28,245 nucleotides of DNA, taken from NCBI GenBank assembly GCA_046484865.1, contig JAWOID010000067.1, positions 1 to 28,245 of the forward strand. Reading direction: 5' to 3'. Positions 16,690 through 26,195 of the stretch are shown here, piece by piece; the first letter of the stretch is position 1; every line of letters starts with the position of its first letter. This stretch comes from Candidatus Krumholzibacteriia bacterium. Lineage in GTDB: Bacteria > Krumholzibacteriota > Krumholzibacteriia > LZORAL124-64-63. Below the pieces are notes generated by a model that saw only the letters and a list, made by a program, of their open reading frames with translations, did no database searches and was not told the origin of the DNA. The position numbers were made by a program, and so were the translations under genes.

Positions 16690-17841
16690 TCAGGCGCTCG
16701 CGCTGCGCGCGCGCTGCAACGTACCTCCTGGCCTGGAGCGCCACTTGCCGACGCCGCGACGCACCTCGTCGAGATGGCCCTCCAGTTCCCGCGCACGCCT
16801 TTCCGCCGTGTGCTGGGCGAGGACGCGGCGGCGCGCGGCGGCACCCACCTCCCGGGCGCGCTCGGGAGGCGTCTCGCGCAACCACCGCAACACCTCCCGC
16901 GGATGGTCGGCGATGATGATCTCGCGGTCCGGCTCCAGCAACGTCTCGAGCCCATCCCACCGGTCGCTGATGATGGCCACACCGCAGGCGGCCGCCTCGA
17001 AGAGACGCACGCTCGGCGACCATCCCGCGGCGATCATGCGCGCCCGCGTGATGTTCAGCGTGAACCGCTGCGCGCTGTAGAATGCCGCGTGCTCGGGCGG
17101 GGACAGGTGCTCCACCCGCGCGACGTTCGCCGGCCACGACACCGAATCGGGATACTGCGGACCGGCCACCGCGAAGCGTCCTTCGTTCCAGGCGCGCGCC
17201 GGTGACAGCAGCAGGCGTTCCAGCCCGGGCTGCCGATCGTCGCTGTAGGTGCCCAGGTAGCCGAGATCCCAGCGCTCCGGCTCCGGCAACGGCCGGTGGA
17301 TCTCCGGATCCACCGAGCAGTAGAGCGCCCGCGCCCGGGGCGAACCGTACTCCCGCTCCAGCCGCTGCAGCATCGGCCCGCCCGTGAACGAGAGATAGAG
17401 ATCGTAGCGGCCCACCAGGCGGGCCGCCAGGTACTCCTCGTCCCCGCTCTCCAGCTTGCCGAGGGTGATGGGCGTATCGAGGTCGTAGAACGCCACCACG
17501 CCCTCGGCGGTGGCCAGTGCCCACTCCCCCACCGCCACGCCGTCGGGAACGCACGAGCCCACGATCACCAGGTCGGCGCGGCGGACGGTGTCCGCGTGAG
17601 CATCGCGCAGTTCCTCGAGCGTCCCGTACAGGCAGGCGCGACACCACGGCGGCTCGGGCAGATCGCGCTGTCCGGCATACCGGGGAACGTCGCGCTCCAG
17701 GAACAGCACGTCATGACCGCGCGCGTTCAGCGCGCGGATCAGACCCCGGTAGGTGATGGCATGTCCGTTGCCCCAGGAGGAGGTGATGGAGAGACCCAGG
17801 ACGACGATGGAGAGCGGGCTGCTGCTGCTGCGTCCGCTCAC
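16690..17841 (-). CDS. CgeB-like GT-B glycosyltransferase
   Basis: GLSITSSWGNGHAITYRGL, FYDLDTP, LGYLGTYSDDRQP, SPSVRLFEAAACG. GTG 17841 follows GAAGGAGG and overlaps the upstream stop (GTGA). Confidence 0.85.
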   Translation of the reverse strand: MSGRSSSSPLSIVVLGLSITSSWGNGHAITYRGLIRALNARGHDVLFLERDVPRYAGQRDLPEPPWCRACLYGTLEELRDAHADTVRRADLVIVGSCVPDGVAVGEWALATAEGVVAFYDLDTPITLGKLESGDEEYLAARLVGRYDLYLSFTGGPMLQRLEREYGSPRARALYCSVDPEIHRPLPEPERWDLGYLGTYSDDRQPGLERLLLSPARAWNEGRFAVAGPQYPDSVSWPANVARVEHLSPPEHAAFYSAQRFTLNITRARMIAAGWSPSVRLFEAAACGVAIISDRWDGLETLLEPDREIIIADHPREVLRWLRETPPERAREVGAAARRRVLAQHTAERRARELEGHLDEVRRGVGKWRSRPGGTLQRARSASA

Positions 17842-18398
17842 GATGAAACCTCCTTCATCGCCAGGGGAGCCTCGGCGGCCGTCTGCGGCAGGTTGACCTG
17901 CAGCCATTCCAGCAGCAGCCGCACCCCCTGCTCGGCGGCATCCGGGGGGGGGCCGGCCGCGGCCGGAGCACCGAGAGAACCGCCGGACGCTGCGTCCCGC
18001 GCCGTGACCGGGAGATGGAAGCGGCGGACCGCGGCCGGCCCGCCGGCTTCCCAGAGACGGTGCAGCAGCTTGGGGCTGCCATCCGCGCGCCGCAGGCCGT
18101 CGGAACGGCCGTGAGCATCGCCAAGGGCCCCCCAGAAGACCCGCTGCACCGGCTCGTCCAGGGCCGCTGCGAGTGCGGCGACCTGGGCATAATCGCGCGT
18201 GGGCGGTCCCGCGCAGGGCAGCTCGGTGAGCCAGAGATGGGGCGCGCCGTCCTCGCGACCCGTTGTCTCCTCCCAGCCTGCGGCGGGCCACGCAGCACCG
18301 ATTCTCAGGTTCACGCCGTCCAGCGCGCGATCCACTGCCGCGGCATCGCGCACGTCGCCCTCGATCAGATCCACGCGTTCGTCGAGATCGTCTGCCAT
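17838..18398 (-). pseudogene. Mosaic 186-aa ORF: fragments of NAD-dependent epimerase and glycoside-hydrolase-like sequence
   Basis: VDLIEGDVRDAAAVDRALDGV is an extended-SDR segment, but there is no GxxGxxG or YxxxK. The middle reads LWLTE...RVFW...GLRRADGSPKLL and the end EQGVRLLLEWL is epimerase-like. It keeps an RBS and translational coupling. Confidence 0.5.
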
Positions 18399-18488
18399 GG
18401 ATCCCCTCTCGTTCTGCTGCCCCCGCCGCAGACGAGTCCTCCATTGACGAGACCCAAGCTAAGTCCCTGCGAGTGCCTCGCCATGGGG

Positions 18489-18532
18489 CGCCCCCGGAGG
18501 ACGGGACGCCCCCGGAGGACGGAACGCCCCGG
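18489..18532. repeat. 18-bp tandem repeat (~2.4 copies) in the divergent intergenic region
   Basis: CGCCCCCGGAGGACGGRA at 18489 and 18507, partial copy at 18525. Confidence 0.8.
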
Positions 18533-18716
18533 CGCCGTCACGTGCAGGCGACCGGATGCCGCGCCGCCCGAGGCCGGGGGTCGGGCGCCCGTGATCCGCT
18601 GCCGGGATCGGGTTTCTCCCCGAGGGCGAAAGACCCTTCTCCTCCTAGATTGTCCGCCGAGCCGGTCGTCGAGTTCCGGATCGGCCGCGAGAAGCCGCCG
18701 TCGAGAGGACCCGATC

Positions 18717-19811
18717 ATGCCCGCTTCCCGGCTGCGCCGGCCGCAGGTGCCGCCGCCGTCGACGCCCGAGCAGGCGGCGACCGAGGTGGATCTGCGCTAC
18801 GTCGACGACGACGAGCCGGGCTACACCCGCGTGCGCTGGGGTCAGGGCTTCACCTACCGCGATTCGAGGGGCCGCACGGTCCAGGATCGGGTCCTGCGCC
18901 GCCGGTTCGATGGACTGGTCATCCCGCCGGCCTGGACCGACGTCTGGATCTGCCGAGACGAGCGGGGCCATCTCCAGGCGACCGGCCGCGATGCCCGGGG
19001 ACGCAAGCAGTACCTCTACCACCCCCGCTTCCAGGAACACCGCGCCCGCACCAAGTTCGAGGTCTTGCTGCCCTTCTCCCGGACCCTGCCGGTGATCCGC
19101 AGCCGGGTGGAAACGCACCTGCGCCGCAAGACCCTCGACCGCGACCTGGTGCTGGCGCTGGTCGTGCGGCTGCTGGACCGCACCCTGGTGCGCGTGGGCA
19201 ACCCCGAGTACGCCCGCGCCAACGACTCCTACGGCCTGACCACCCTCACGGACGACCACCTGGAGAGCGGCAACGGTCATCCGCTCGCCTTGCGCTTCCC
19301 CGGCAAGAGCGGCAAGGAGGTCATCGTTCCCATGACGAGCCCTCGGCTCGCGCGGCTGGCGAAGAGCTGCCAGGAGTTGCCGGGTCAGGCGCTTTTCGCG
19401 TACCTGGATGGGGAGGGCGTCGTGCGGCACGTGGACTCCGACGACGTGAACGCGTACCTGCGCGAGCTGGGCGGCCCGGGCGTGAGCGCCAAGATCTTCC
19501 GCACCTGGGGAGCCACGGTACAGGCGGCCCGCGATCTCGCCTGCGCCGAGCCCCCCACCTCCGGCGCGGCCGCCAGACGGCAGGTCACAGCCACGCTCAA
19601 GCGGGTGGCGGGCCGGCTCAACAACACGCTGGCGGTGTGCCGCGCCTATTACGTGCACCCGGAGGTGCCGGCAGCCTACGCCGACGGCACGTTGCACGAG
19701 GTCTTCGCGAAGCGCGCCCCCTGCGGGGCCGGTCTGCTGGCATCCGAGCAGGCCCTGGCCGACCTGCTCGCCCTGCGGGCTCGTCGCCGCCGGCTCGAGG
19801 GTACCAGCTGA
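18717..19811 (+). CDS. Bacterial (poxvirus-like) DNA topoisomerase IB
   Basis: IPPAWTDVWIC, GRDARGRKQYLYHP, VRVGN, FPGKSGK, AKIFRTW, LNNT, and catalytic Tyr in AYYVHP. ATG 18717 follows GAGAGGA. Confidence 0.93.
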   Translation: MPASRLRRPQVPPPSTPEQAATEVDLRYVDDDEPGYTRVRWGQGFTYRDSRGRTVQDRVLRRRFDGLVIPPAWTDVWICRDERGHLQATGRDARGRKQYLYHPRFQEHRARTKFEVLLPFSRTLPVIRSRVETHLRRKTLDRDLVLALVVRLLDRTLVRVGNPEYARANDSYGLTTLTDDHLESGNGHPLALRFPGKSGKEVIVPMTSPRLARLAKSCQELPGQALFAYLDGEGVVRHVDSDDVNAYLRELGGPGVSAKIFRTWGATVQAARDLACAEPPTSGAAARRQVTATLKRVAGRLNNTLAVCRAYYVHPEVPAAYADGTLHEVFAKRAPCGAGLLASEQALADLLALRARRRRLEGTS

Positions 19812-19821
19812 GGAGGCGATC

Positions 19822-20667
19822 ATGCCGCGCGCAATCTGGAAGGGATCCATCTCGTTCGGGCTGCTGAACGTTCCGGTGGGCGTCTACCCGGCGGAGCAGC
19901 GCGCCGACCTGAGCTTCCACCTCCTGGACAGCCGCAATCACGCCCGGGTGCGCTACCAGCGGGTGAACGAGGAAACCGGCGAGGAAGTCCCCTGGGACCA
20001 GATCATCAAGGGCTACGAGTATGACAGCGGCAACTACGTCCTGCTCGGGGAGGAGGACTTCGAGCGGGTGGCGGTGGAAACCACCCAGACCGTCGAGATC
20101 CAGACCTTCGTCGAGCGGGACGAGATCGATCTGACGTACTTCGACAAGCCCTACTATCTCGCCCCTGACCGCCGCGGCGAAAAAGGCTACGTACTGCTGC
20201 GCGAGACCCTGGCGAGCACCGGCAAGGTGGGCATCGCGAAGGTGGTGATCCGCACCAAGCAGTACCTGGCGGCGCTGGTGCCGCTGGGCGACGCGCTGGT
20301 GCTGGAGCTGATGCGGTTCCAGCAGGAGTTGCGCGATCCCGCCGAGTTGAAGCTGCCGTCGGGCAAGCCCGCGGACTTCAAGATCTCGCCCAAGGAGCTG
20401 CAGATGGCCAGGACGCTGGTCGAGGCCATGTCCACGGCATGGGATCCGTCCGAATACACCGACGAGTACCGCGAGCGCCTCATGGCCTACATCGACGAGA
20501 AGGCGGCCAACGAGGGCCGCGTGCCGGCGACCGAAGCCAAGGCGCCGCCTCCTCCCACCAAGGTCGTGGACATGATGGAGGTGTTGCGGCGCAGCCTCGA
20601 GGAGAAGCAGGGCGGCAAGAAGAAGGCGCCGGCGAAGAAGACCGGACGGAAGCGCGCGGCAGGCTGA
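19822..20667 (+). CDS. ku: NHEJ end-binding protein Ku
   Basis: MPRAIWKGSISFGLLNVPV, IIKGYE, YFDKPYYLAP, VVDMMEVLRRSL and a basic Lys-rich tail. AGGAGG RBS. Confidence 0.97.
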   Translation: MPRAIWKGSISFGLLNVPVGVYPAEQRADLSFHLLDSRNHARVRYQRVNEETGEEVPWDQIIKGYEYDSGNYVLLGEEDFERVAVETTQTVEIQTFVERDEIDLTYFDKPYYLAPDRRGEKGYVLLRETLASTGKVGIAKVVIRTKQYLAALVPLGDALVLELMRFQQELRDPAELKLPSGKPADFKISPKELQMARTLVEAMSTAWDPSEYTDEYRERLMAYIDEKAANEGRVPATEAKAPPPPTKVVDMMEVLRRSLEEKQGGKKKAPAKKTGRKRAAG

Positions 20668-20722
20668 CCGCCGCCGCGACGCGGGAGCAGGCCGCCTGGC
20701 GGCCGGAACCCGGAGGTGGACC

Positions 20723-23464
20723 ATGGCCCGTCGCCGGAGCGGCGATGCGGGCGACCTGACGGCGTACCGCCGGAAGCGTCGGTTCGATCGCACGCCGGAA
20801 CCGGCGGGGGACGAGTCGCGGAGCGAGGCACCTGGCGAGAAGAAAAAGGGCGCGCAAGGTCGGGACGCAGGGAATCGGAGCGCCAGGGATCGGGCCGCGG
20901 GGTCCCGTGCCAGGGCGGCGCGCGACGAAAAGGCCCCGGGCACGGCGACGGACGGCTGGTGCTACGTGATCCACAAGCACGACGCCAGCCGCCTGCACTT
21001 CGACCTGCGCCTGGAACTCGACGGCGTGCTCGTGAGCTGGGCGGTGCCGAAGGGGCCGAGTCTCGATCCGGGCGAGAAACACCTCGCGGTGCGCGTCGAG
21101 GATCACCCCCTCGAGTACGGAGAATTCGAGGGCGTGATCCCTCAGGGCGAATACGGCGGGGGCACGGTCATGCTCTGGGACCGTGGCCGCTGGGAGCCGG
21201 AGGGCGACCCGCGGCGGTCGCTGCAGAAGGGCAAGCTCACCTTCGCTCTGCACGGTGACAAGCTCGAGGGTCGCTGGACGCTGGCGCGCATGGGCGGCAA
21301 GGCGGCGGACGGGGACAAGAACTGGCTGCTCATCAAGAAACGCGACGAGCACGCCGGAGCCGGCCGCGACATTGACGCCGAGCGCCCCCGCAGCGTGCTC
21401 ACCGGGCGGACCATGGACGAGATCGCCGGAGCCGCCGACCGCGTGTGGAGCGGCGCCGCAGGCGAGCTGGAAACTCCGGCCGCAGCCGAAATTCCGGACC
21501 CTGCCAACCTGCCGCAGGCCCGTAAAGGCTCGCTGCCGAGGACCTTCCGGCCGCAGCTCGCAACCCTGGTGAAGTCGCCCCGCCGGGGCGACGACTGGCT
21601 GCACGAGATCAAGTTCGACGGCTACCGGCTGCTGGCGTTCCTCGAGCGGGGTCAGGTACGCCTGATCACCCGCAACGGCAAGGACTGGACCCACCGGTTC
21701 CCGTCGCTGGCGGAGGCGCTGGCCGAGCTTCCCGCCGACACGGCCCTGCTGGACGGCGAGGCGGCGGTCGTGGACGAACATGGCCGCACCGACTTCCAGA
21801 GCCTGCAGAACGCCTTGCGCGCCGAGGGCCGGCCCGGAGGCCAGTCGCGTCAGCTGGTCCTGTTCCTCTTCGACCTGATGCACCTGGACGGACAGGATCT
21901 CACCCGGACGCCGCTGGTCGATCGCAAGCGTATGCTCGAACGGCTGCTGGCGATCGGCCGCTCCACCGTCGGCCCCCTGCGGTACAGCGAGCACATCCGG
22001 GGCTCGGGCGAAGAGGTCCATGACAAAGCGTGCCGGTTGAACCTGGAAGGCATCGTGTCGAAGCGCGCGGACGCCGTCTACGAGCAGAAACGCAGCGCCG
22101 GCTGGGTGAAGATCAAGTGCGCTCGGCGGCAGGAACTGGTCGTGGGCGGCTGGCTCGAGTCGGACCGCCGCCAGGGGCTGCGGTCGCTGCTGCTCGGGTA
22201 CCACGACGGCGAGGGCCGGCTGGTCTTCGCGGGCAAGGTGGGCACCGGCTTCACCGAAGCGAGCCGCGCGAGTCTCGGCGAGCGTCTCGCCGGCCTGGAG
22301 CGGAAGACCTCGCCGTTCCGCGACCCGCCCCGGGAACCGGCGAAGCGGGTGCACTGGGTGCGCCCCGAGCTGGTCTGCGAGGTCGAGTTCACGGAGTGGA
22401 CCACCGACGGCCTGCTGAGGCACCCGTCCTTCAAGGGACTGCGCGAGGACAAGCCCGCGTCCGAGGTGGTGCGCGAGACCCCGGCGCCCGCCCACCCCAC
22501 CGGCCCCACCGGCTCCGGCGGCTCCGGTGGACCCGGCGGCCCGGAAAGGGGAGCCGACGTGACCACGCCACGCGCGTTGAAGACCGATGTGCGCCTCACC
22601 AGTCCCGACCGCGTCCTGTTCCCCGGCGCCGGCATCACCAAGGGCGAGCTGGCCGTCTACTACGAGGACGTCGGCGATTTGATCCTGCCGCACGTCGCGC
22701 ACCGCCCTCTGACCCTGGTGCGCTGCCCCGAGGGCCACCACAAGGAATGCTTCTACCAGAAGCACCACACGGGCACCATGCCGGATGCGGTGCACGGGGT
22801 GGACGTGCAGGAGAAGGCCAAGGAACGCGTGTACCTGACCATCGAGGACCTGCGCGGACTCCTGTCGCTGGTGCAGATGGGCGCCCTGGAGCTTCATCCG
22901 TGGGGCGCTCGCAACGACCGGCTGGATCGTCCCGACCTGATGTTCTTCGACCTGGACCCCGGACCGGACGTCGCGCTCGATCAGGTGGCCGCGGCCGCCC
23001 AGCGCATCCGCGACCGGCTGGCGGGACTGGGGCTGCGCAGCTTCGCCAAGACCTCCGGCGGCAAGGGTTACCACGTGGTGGTGCCGCTGGTGCGCCGCTC
23101 CGGCTGGGATCAGGTGAAGGGCTTCGCCAAGGCGCTGGCGGAGGAACTGACCCGGGAGAGCCCCGACGAGTTCGTCGCCGTGATGACGAAGGCCAGGCGG
23201 CGCGGCCGCGTCTTCGTCGACTACTTGCGCAACAGCCGCGGCGCCACCAGCGTGGCGGCGTTCTCCACCCGGGCCCGGGAGGGTGCGCCGGTATCGGCGC
23301 CGGTGAGCTGGGACGAGGTGGCGGCGGGCGTGGCTCCGGACGCCTTCCGGCTGGACAATCTGCGACAGCGGCTCGCCGCCCCGCGGCTGGATCCGTGGGC
23401 CGACTACTTCGAGGTGCGCCAGTCTCTCACCACCGCCATGCGACGCGAGCTGGGCGCCCCCTGA
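20723..23464 (+). CDS. ligD: NHEJ DNA ligase D (phosphoesterase - ligase - polymerase order)
   Basis: PE: YRRKRRFDRTPEP, HDASRLHFDLRLE. LIG: EIKFDGYR, EGIVSKR, WVKIK, LRHPSFKGLREDK. POL: FDLDP, TSGGKGYH, FVDYLRN. Confidence 0.97.
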   Translation: MARRRSGDAGDLTAYRRKRRFDRTPEPAGDESRSEAPGEKKKGAQGRDAGNRSARDRAAGSRARAARDEKAPGTATDGWCYVIHKHDASRLHFDLRLELDGVLVSWAVPKGPSLDPGEKHLAVRVEDHPLEYGEFEGVIPQGEYGGGTVMLWDRGRWEPEGDPRRSLQKGKLTFALHGDKLEGRWTLARMGGKAADGDKNWLLIKKRDEHAGAGRDIDAERPRSVLTGRTMDEIAGAADRVWSGAAGELETPAAAEIPDPANLPQARKGSLPRTFRPQLATLVKSPRRGDDWLHEIKFDGYRLLAFLERGQVRLITRNGKDWTHRFPSLAEALAELPADTALLDGEAAVVDEHGRTDFQSLQNALRAEGRPGGQSRQLVLFLFDLMHLDGQDLTRTPLVDRKRMLERLLAIGRSTVGPLRYSEHIRGSGEEVHDKACRLNLEGIVSKRADAVYEQKRSAGWVKIKCARRQELVVGGWLESDRRQGLRSLLLGYHDGEGRLVFAGKVGTGFTEASRASLGERLAGLERKTSPFRDPPREPAKRVHWVRPELVCEVEFTEWTTDGLLRHPSFKGLREDKPASEVVRETPAPAHPTGPTGSGGSGGPGGPERGADVTTPRALKTDVRLTSPDRVLFPGAGITKGELAVYYEDVGDLILPHVAHRPLTLVRCPEGHHKECFYQKHHTGTMPDAVHGVDVQEKAKERVYLTIEDLRGLLSLVQMGALELHPWGARNDRLDRPDLMFFDLDPGPDVALDQVAAAAQRIRDRLAGLGLRSFAKTSGGKGYHVVVPLVRRSGWDQVKGFAKALAEELTRESPDEFVAVMTKARRRGRVFVDYLRNSRGATSVAAFSTRAREGAPVSAPVSWDEVAAGVAPDAFRLDNLRQRLAAPRLDPWADYFEVRQSLTTAMRRELGAP

Positions 23465-23477
23465 CGAAGGGACCGAC

Positions 23478-26195
23478 ATGACATCGATCGACGCCCGCGA
23501 CCGACCGGATCCCCAGGGGCGCCGCCTCGAGCCCTGGAGCGTCATCTACGAGAGGTTCGACCCCGAGCAGCAGGCTCTTCGAGAGGCCCTGACCACGCTG
23601 GGCAACGGCCACTTCGCCACCCGCGGCGCCGGCGAGGAGGCAGAGGCGGGCGGACCGCACTACCCCGGCACGTACCTGGCCGGCGGTTACGACCGCGCCG
23701 AGTCCAGCGTTGCCGGGCGCATCATCGAGAATGAGGACCTGGTGAACTGGCCCAACTGGCTGCCCCTCACCTTCCGGCCGGAAGGCGACGCCTGGTTCAC
23801 CCTGGAGTCGGTGCAGTTGCTCGAGTACCGGCTGGAACTGGACCTGCAGGGCGGCGTGCTGCTGCGGCGGGTGCGCTTCCGCGACGGCAGCGATCGCGAG
23901 ACGGTGCTCGTGTCGCGCCGCATCGTGTCGATGGACCTCCCCTACCTCGCCGCGCTGCAGTGGGAGCTCACGCCCGTGAACTGGTCCGGACGCCTGGAGA
24001 TCCGCTCCGCGATCGACGGACGCGTCTCCAACACCGGCGTGGCGCGGTATCGCGACCTGGAGAGCCGGCATCTGGACATCATGGAGGTGGGCAACACCGG
24101 CGAGGACGCCTGCTTCCTGGTGGCCCGCGCCCGCCAGTCGCAGCTCACCATGGCGCTCGCGGCCCGCACGCGCGTCTACCACGACGGCGCCGCGGCCACC
24201 GTGGAGAGACACGCCAGGCACGAGGAGCGGCGAGCCATCCACGTTCTGACCGTCGAGGCGGAGGCGCGCAAGCCGCTGCGCGTGGAGAAGGTGGTGGCCC
24301 TGCACACGTCCCGCGACCGTGCCATCAGCGAACCCCGCCTGGACGCGTGCAAGGCCGTCCGCCGGCTCGACCGCTTCGACGTGCTCGAAGGAGAGCACCG
24401 CCTGGTGTGGCAACAGCTGTGGAGCCGCTCCGACCTGTGCTTCGCCGACCGGACCGACGGAGCGCAGACCATCCTCCGCCTCCACATCTTCCACCTGCTG
24501 CAGACGGCGTCGCTGAACACCGTGGACCGCGACGTGGGCATTCCCGCCCGCGGTCTGCACGGCGAGGCCTACCGCGGGCACATCTTCTGGGACGAGCTGT
24601 TCGTGTTCCCCTTCCTGAACCTGCGCCTGCCGGAGCTGACCCGGTCGCTGCTCATGTACCGCTACTGGCGCCTCGACGAGGCGCGTCACGCCGCCCGCGT
24701 CGAGGGCTATGCGGGCGCCATGTATCCCTGGCAGAGCGGCAGCGACGGACGCGAGGAGAACCAGGTGCTGCACCTGAACCCGCGGTCCGGCGAGTGGGTC
24801 CCCGACAATACCCACCGGCAGCGGCACATCAACGCGGCCATCGCTTACAACGTGTGGCAGTACTACCAGTCCACCGGCGACGTGGAGTTCCTCTCGTTCC
24901 ACGGCGCGGAGATGCTGCTGGAGATCGCCCGCTTCTGGGCGAGCATCGCCAGCTACCACCCCGAGCGGCAGCGGTACGAGATCCGCGGCGTCGTGGGACC
25001 CGACGAGTTCCACACGCGCTACGCGGGCACCGACAGCCTGGGGCTCGACAACAACGCCTATACGAACGTGATGGCGTCCTGGGTGCTGGACGTCACCCTG
25101 AAGACGCTGGACCTGCTGGGCCGCGATCGGCGGGACGAGCTGGTCGAGAAGCTGGGGATCGCCGAGCAGGAACTGGTCCACTGGGAGGAGATCAGCCGGT
25201 TGCTCTACGTGCCGTTCCTCGACGGCGGCATCGTGGCCCAGTTCGAGGGATGGGAAGAGCTGGAGGAACTGGACTGGGGCGGACTGCGCCAGAAGCACGG
25301 CAACATCCAGCGGCTCGACCGCATCCTCGGCGCCGAGAACGACGACGTGAACCGCTATCGCGCCGCCAAGCAGGCGGACGTGCTGATGCTCTTCTACCTC
25401 TTCTCGGCCGAGGAGCTGGCCGAGATCTGGGAGCGCCTCGACTATCCCTGGGATTCGCAGTTGATCCAGCGCAACGTCGCCTACTACCTGGACCGCACCT
25501 CGCACGGGTCGACCCTGAGCTGGGTGGTGCACTCGCGGGTGCTCGCCCGCTCCGACCGCATCCGTTCCTGGCAACTCTTCCGCGATGCGCTGGCCAGCGA
25601 CATCGACGACATCCAGGGCGGCACCACCTCCGAGGGTGTGCACATGGGCGCCATGGCCGGCACCATCGATCTGGTGCAGCGCTGCTACGCCGGTCTCTCC
25701 ATCCGCGAGGACGCGCTGTGGTTCAACCCTCAGCTGCCCGAAGAGCTCGGAGGTCTGTCCTTCCGCGTACGGTACCGCGGATTGTGGTTGTACGTGACCG
25801 TCGATCACTCCGAGCTGACGGTGGCCTACGAGAAGGGTTGGTCCATCTCGGCGCGCATCGGCTTCCGCGACCGCGTCCACGAACTGGAGCCCGGCGGCCG
25901 GATGTGCTTCCGGCTCCACGACGGCGGCCAGCCGGATGCCGGTGAGGGCGCGGAGGAAGGCGTCGCGCGGGACGAGAACCAGGACGCGAGCCAGGACGCG
26001 AGCCAGGACGCGAGCCAGGACGCGAGCCAGGCCGGCGACGAACGCACATGCGAGGATGCCGGCGAGGCCGACAGCGAGGTCACGGATGAAGCCGGTTCGC
26101 AGGACGAGAACCGAGCGGACGACGGCGCGGAAAACGGGGATGGTACCGAAAAGTCGACGACCGGCAGATTCGAAAGCGAGGACCGGCATACATGA
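23478..26195 (+). CDS. GH65 alpha-glucoside phosphorylase (trehalose / trehalose-6-phosphate phosphorylase-like) with acidic tail
   Basis: TLGNGHFATRG, ARGLHGEAYRGHIFWDE, GPDEFH, KQAD, TSHGSTLS, EGVHMGAMAG. Confidence 0.92.
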   Translation: MTSIDARDRPDPQGRRLEPWSVIYERFDPEQQALREALTTLGNGHFATRGAGEEAEAGGPHYPGTYLAGGYDRAESSVAGRIIENEDLVNWPNWLPLTFRPEGDAWFTLESVQLLEYRLELDLQGGVLLRRVRFRDGSDRETVLVSRRIVSMDLPYLAALQWELTPVNWSGRLEIRSAIDGRVSNTGVARYRDLESRHLDIMEVGNTGEDACFLVARARQSQLTMALAARTRVYHDGAAATVERHARHEERRAIHVLTVEAEARKPLRVEKVVALHTSRDRAISEPRLDACKAVRRLDRFDVLEGEHRLVWQQLWSRSDLCFADRTDGAQTILRLHIFHLLQTASLNTVDRDVGIPARGLHGEAYRGHIFWDELFVFPFLNLRLPELTRSLLMYRYWRLDEARHAARVEGYAGAMYPWQSGSDGREENQVLHLNPRSGEWVPDNTHRQRHINAAIAYNVWQYYQSTGDVEFLSFHGAEMLLEIARFWASIASYHPERQRYEIRGVVGPDEFHTRYAGTDSLGLDNNAYTNVMASWVLDVTLKTLDLLGRDRRDELVEKLGIAEQELVHWEEISRLLYVPFLDGGIVAQFEGWEELEELDWGGLRQKHGNIQRLDRILGAENDDVNRYRAAKQADVLMLFYLFSAEELAEIWERLDYPWDSQLIQRNVAYYLDRTSHGSTLSWVVHSRVLARSDRIRSWQLFRDALASDIDDIQGGTTSEGVHMGAMAGTIDLVQRCYAGLSIREDALWFNPQLPEELGGLSFRVRYRGLWLYVTVDHSELTVAYEKGWSISARIGFRDRVHELEPGGRMCFRLHDGGQPDAGEGAEEGVARDENQDASQDASQDASQDASQAGDERTCEDAGEADSEVTDEAGSQDENRADDGAENGDGTEKSTTGRFESEDRHT
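25980..26031 (+). repeat. Perfect 12-bp tandem repeat CAGGACGCGAGC x4 (QDAS)
   Basis: Copies at 25980, 25992, 26004 and 26016, plus a partial CAGG. Confidence 0.95.

Noticed and set aside
16617..18716. Extended ORF-track starts for GH15 (16982), glycosyltransferase (18444) and topoisomerase (18015)
   Set aside because: The extensions overlap neighbouring genes and are low complexity; downstream starts have clear RBSs.
18717..19811. Tyrosine recombinase / mobile element interpretation
   Set aside because: Motifs match topoisomerase IB specifically; no att sites, tRNA or other mobility genes were seen.
20480..26189. Antisense ORFs of 1021 aa and 920 aa
   Set aside because: Mirror frames of ligD and GH65 produced by codon bias; no recognisable domains.
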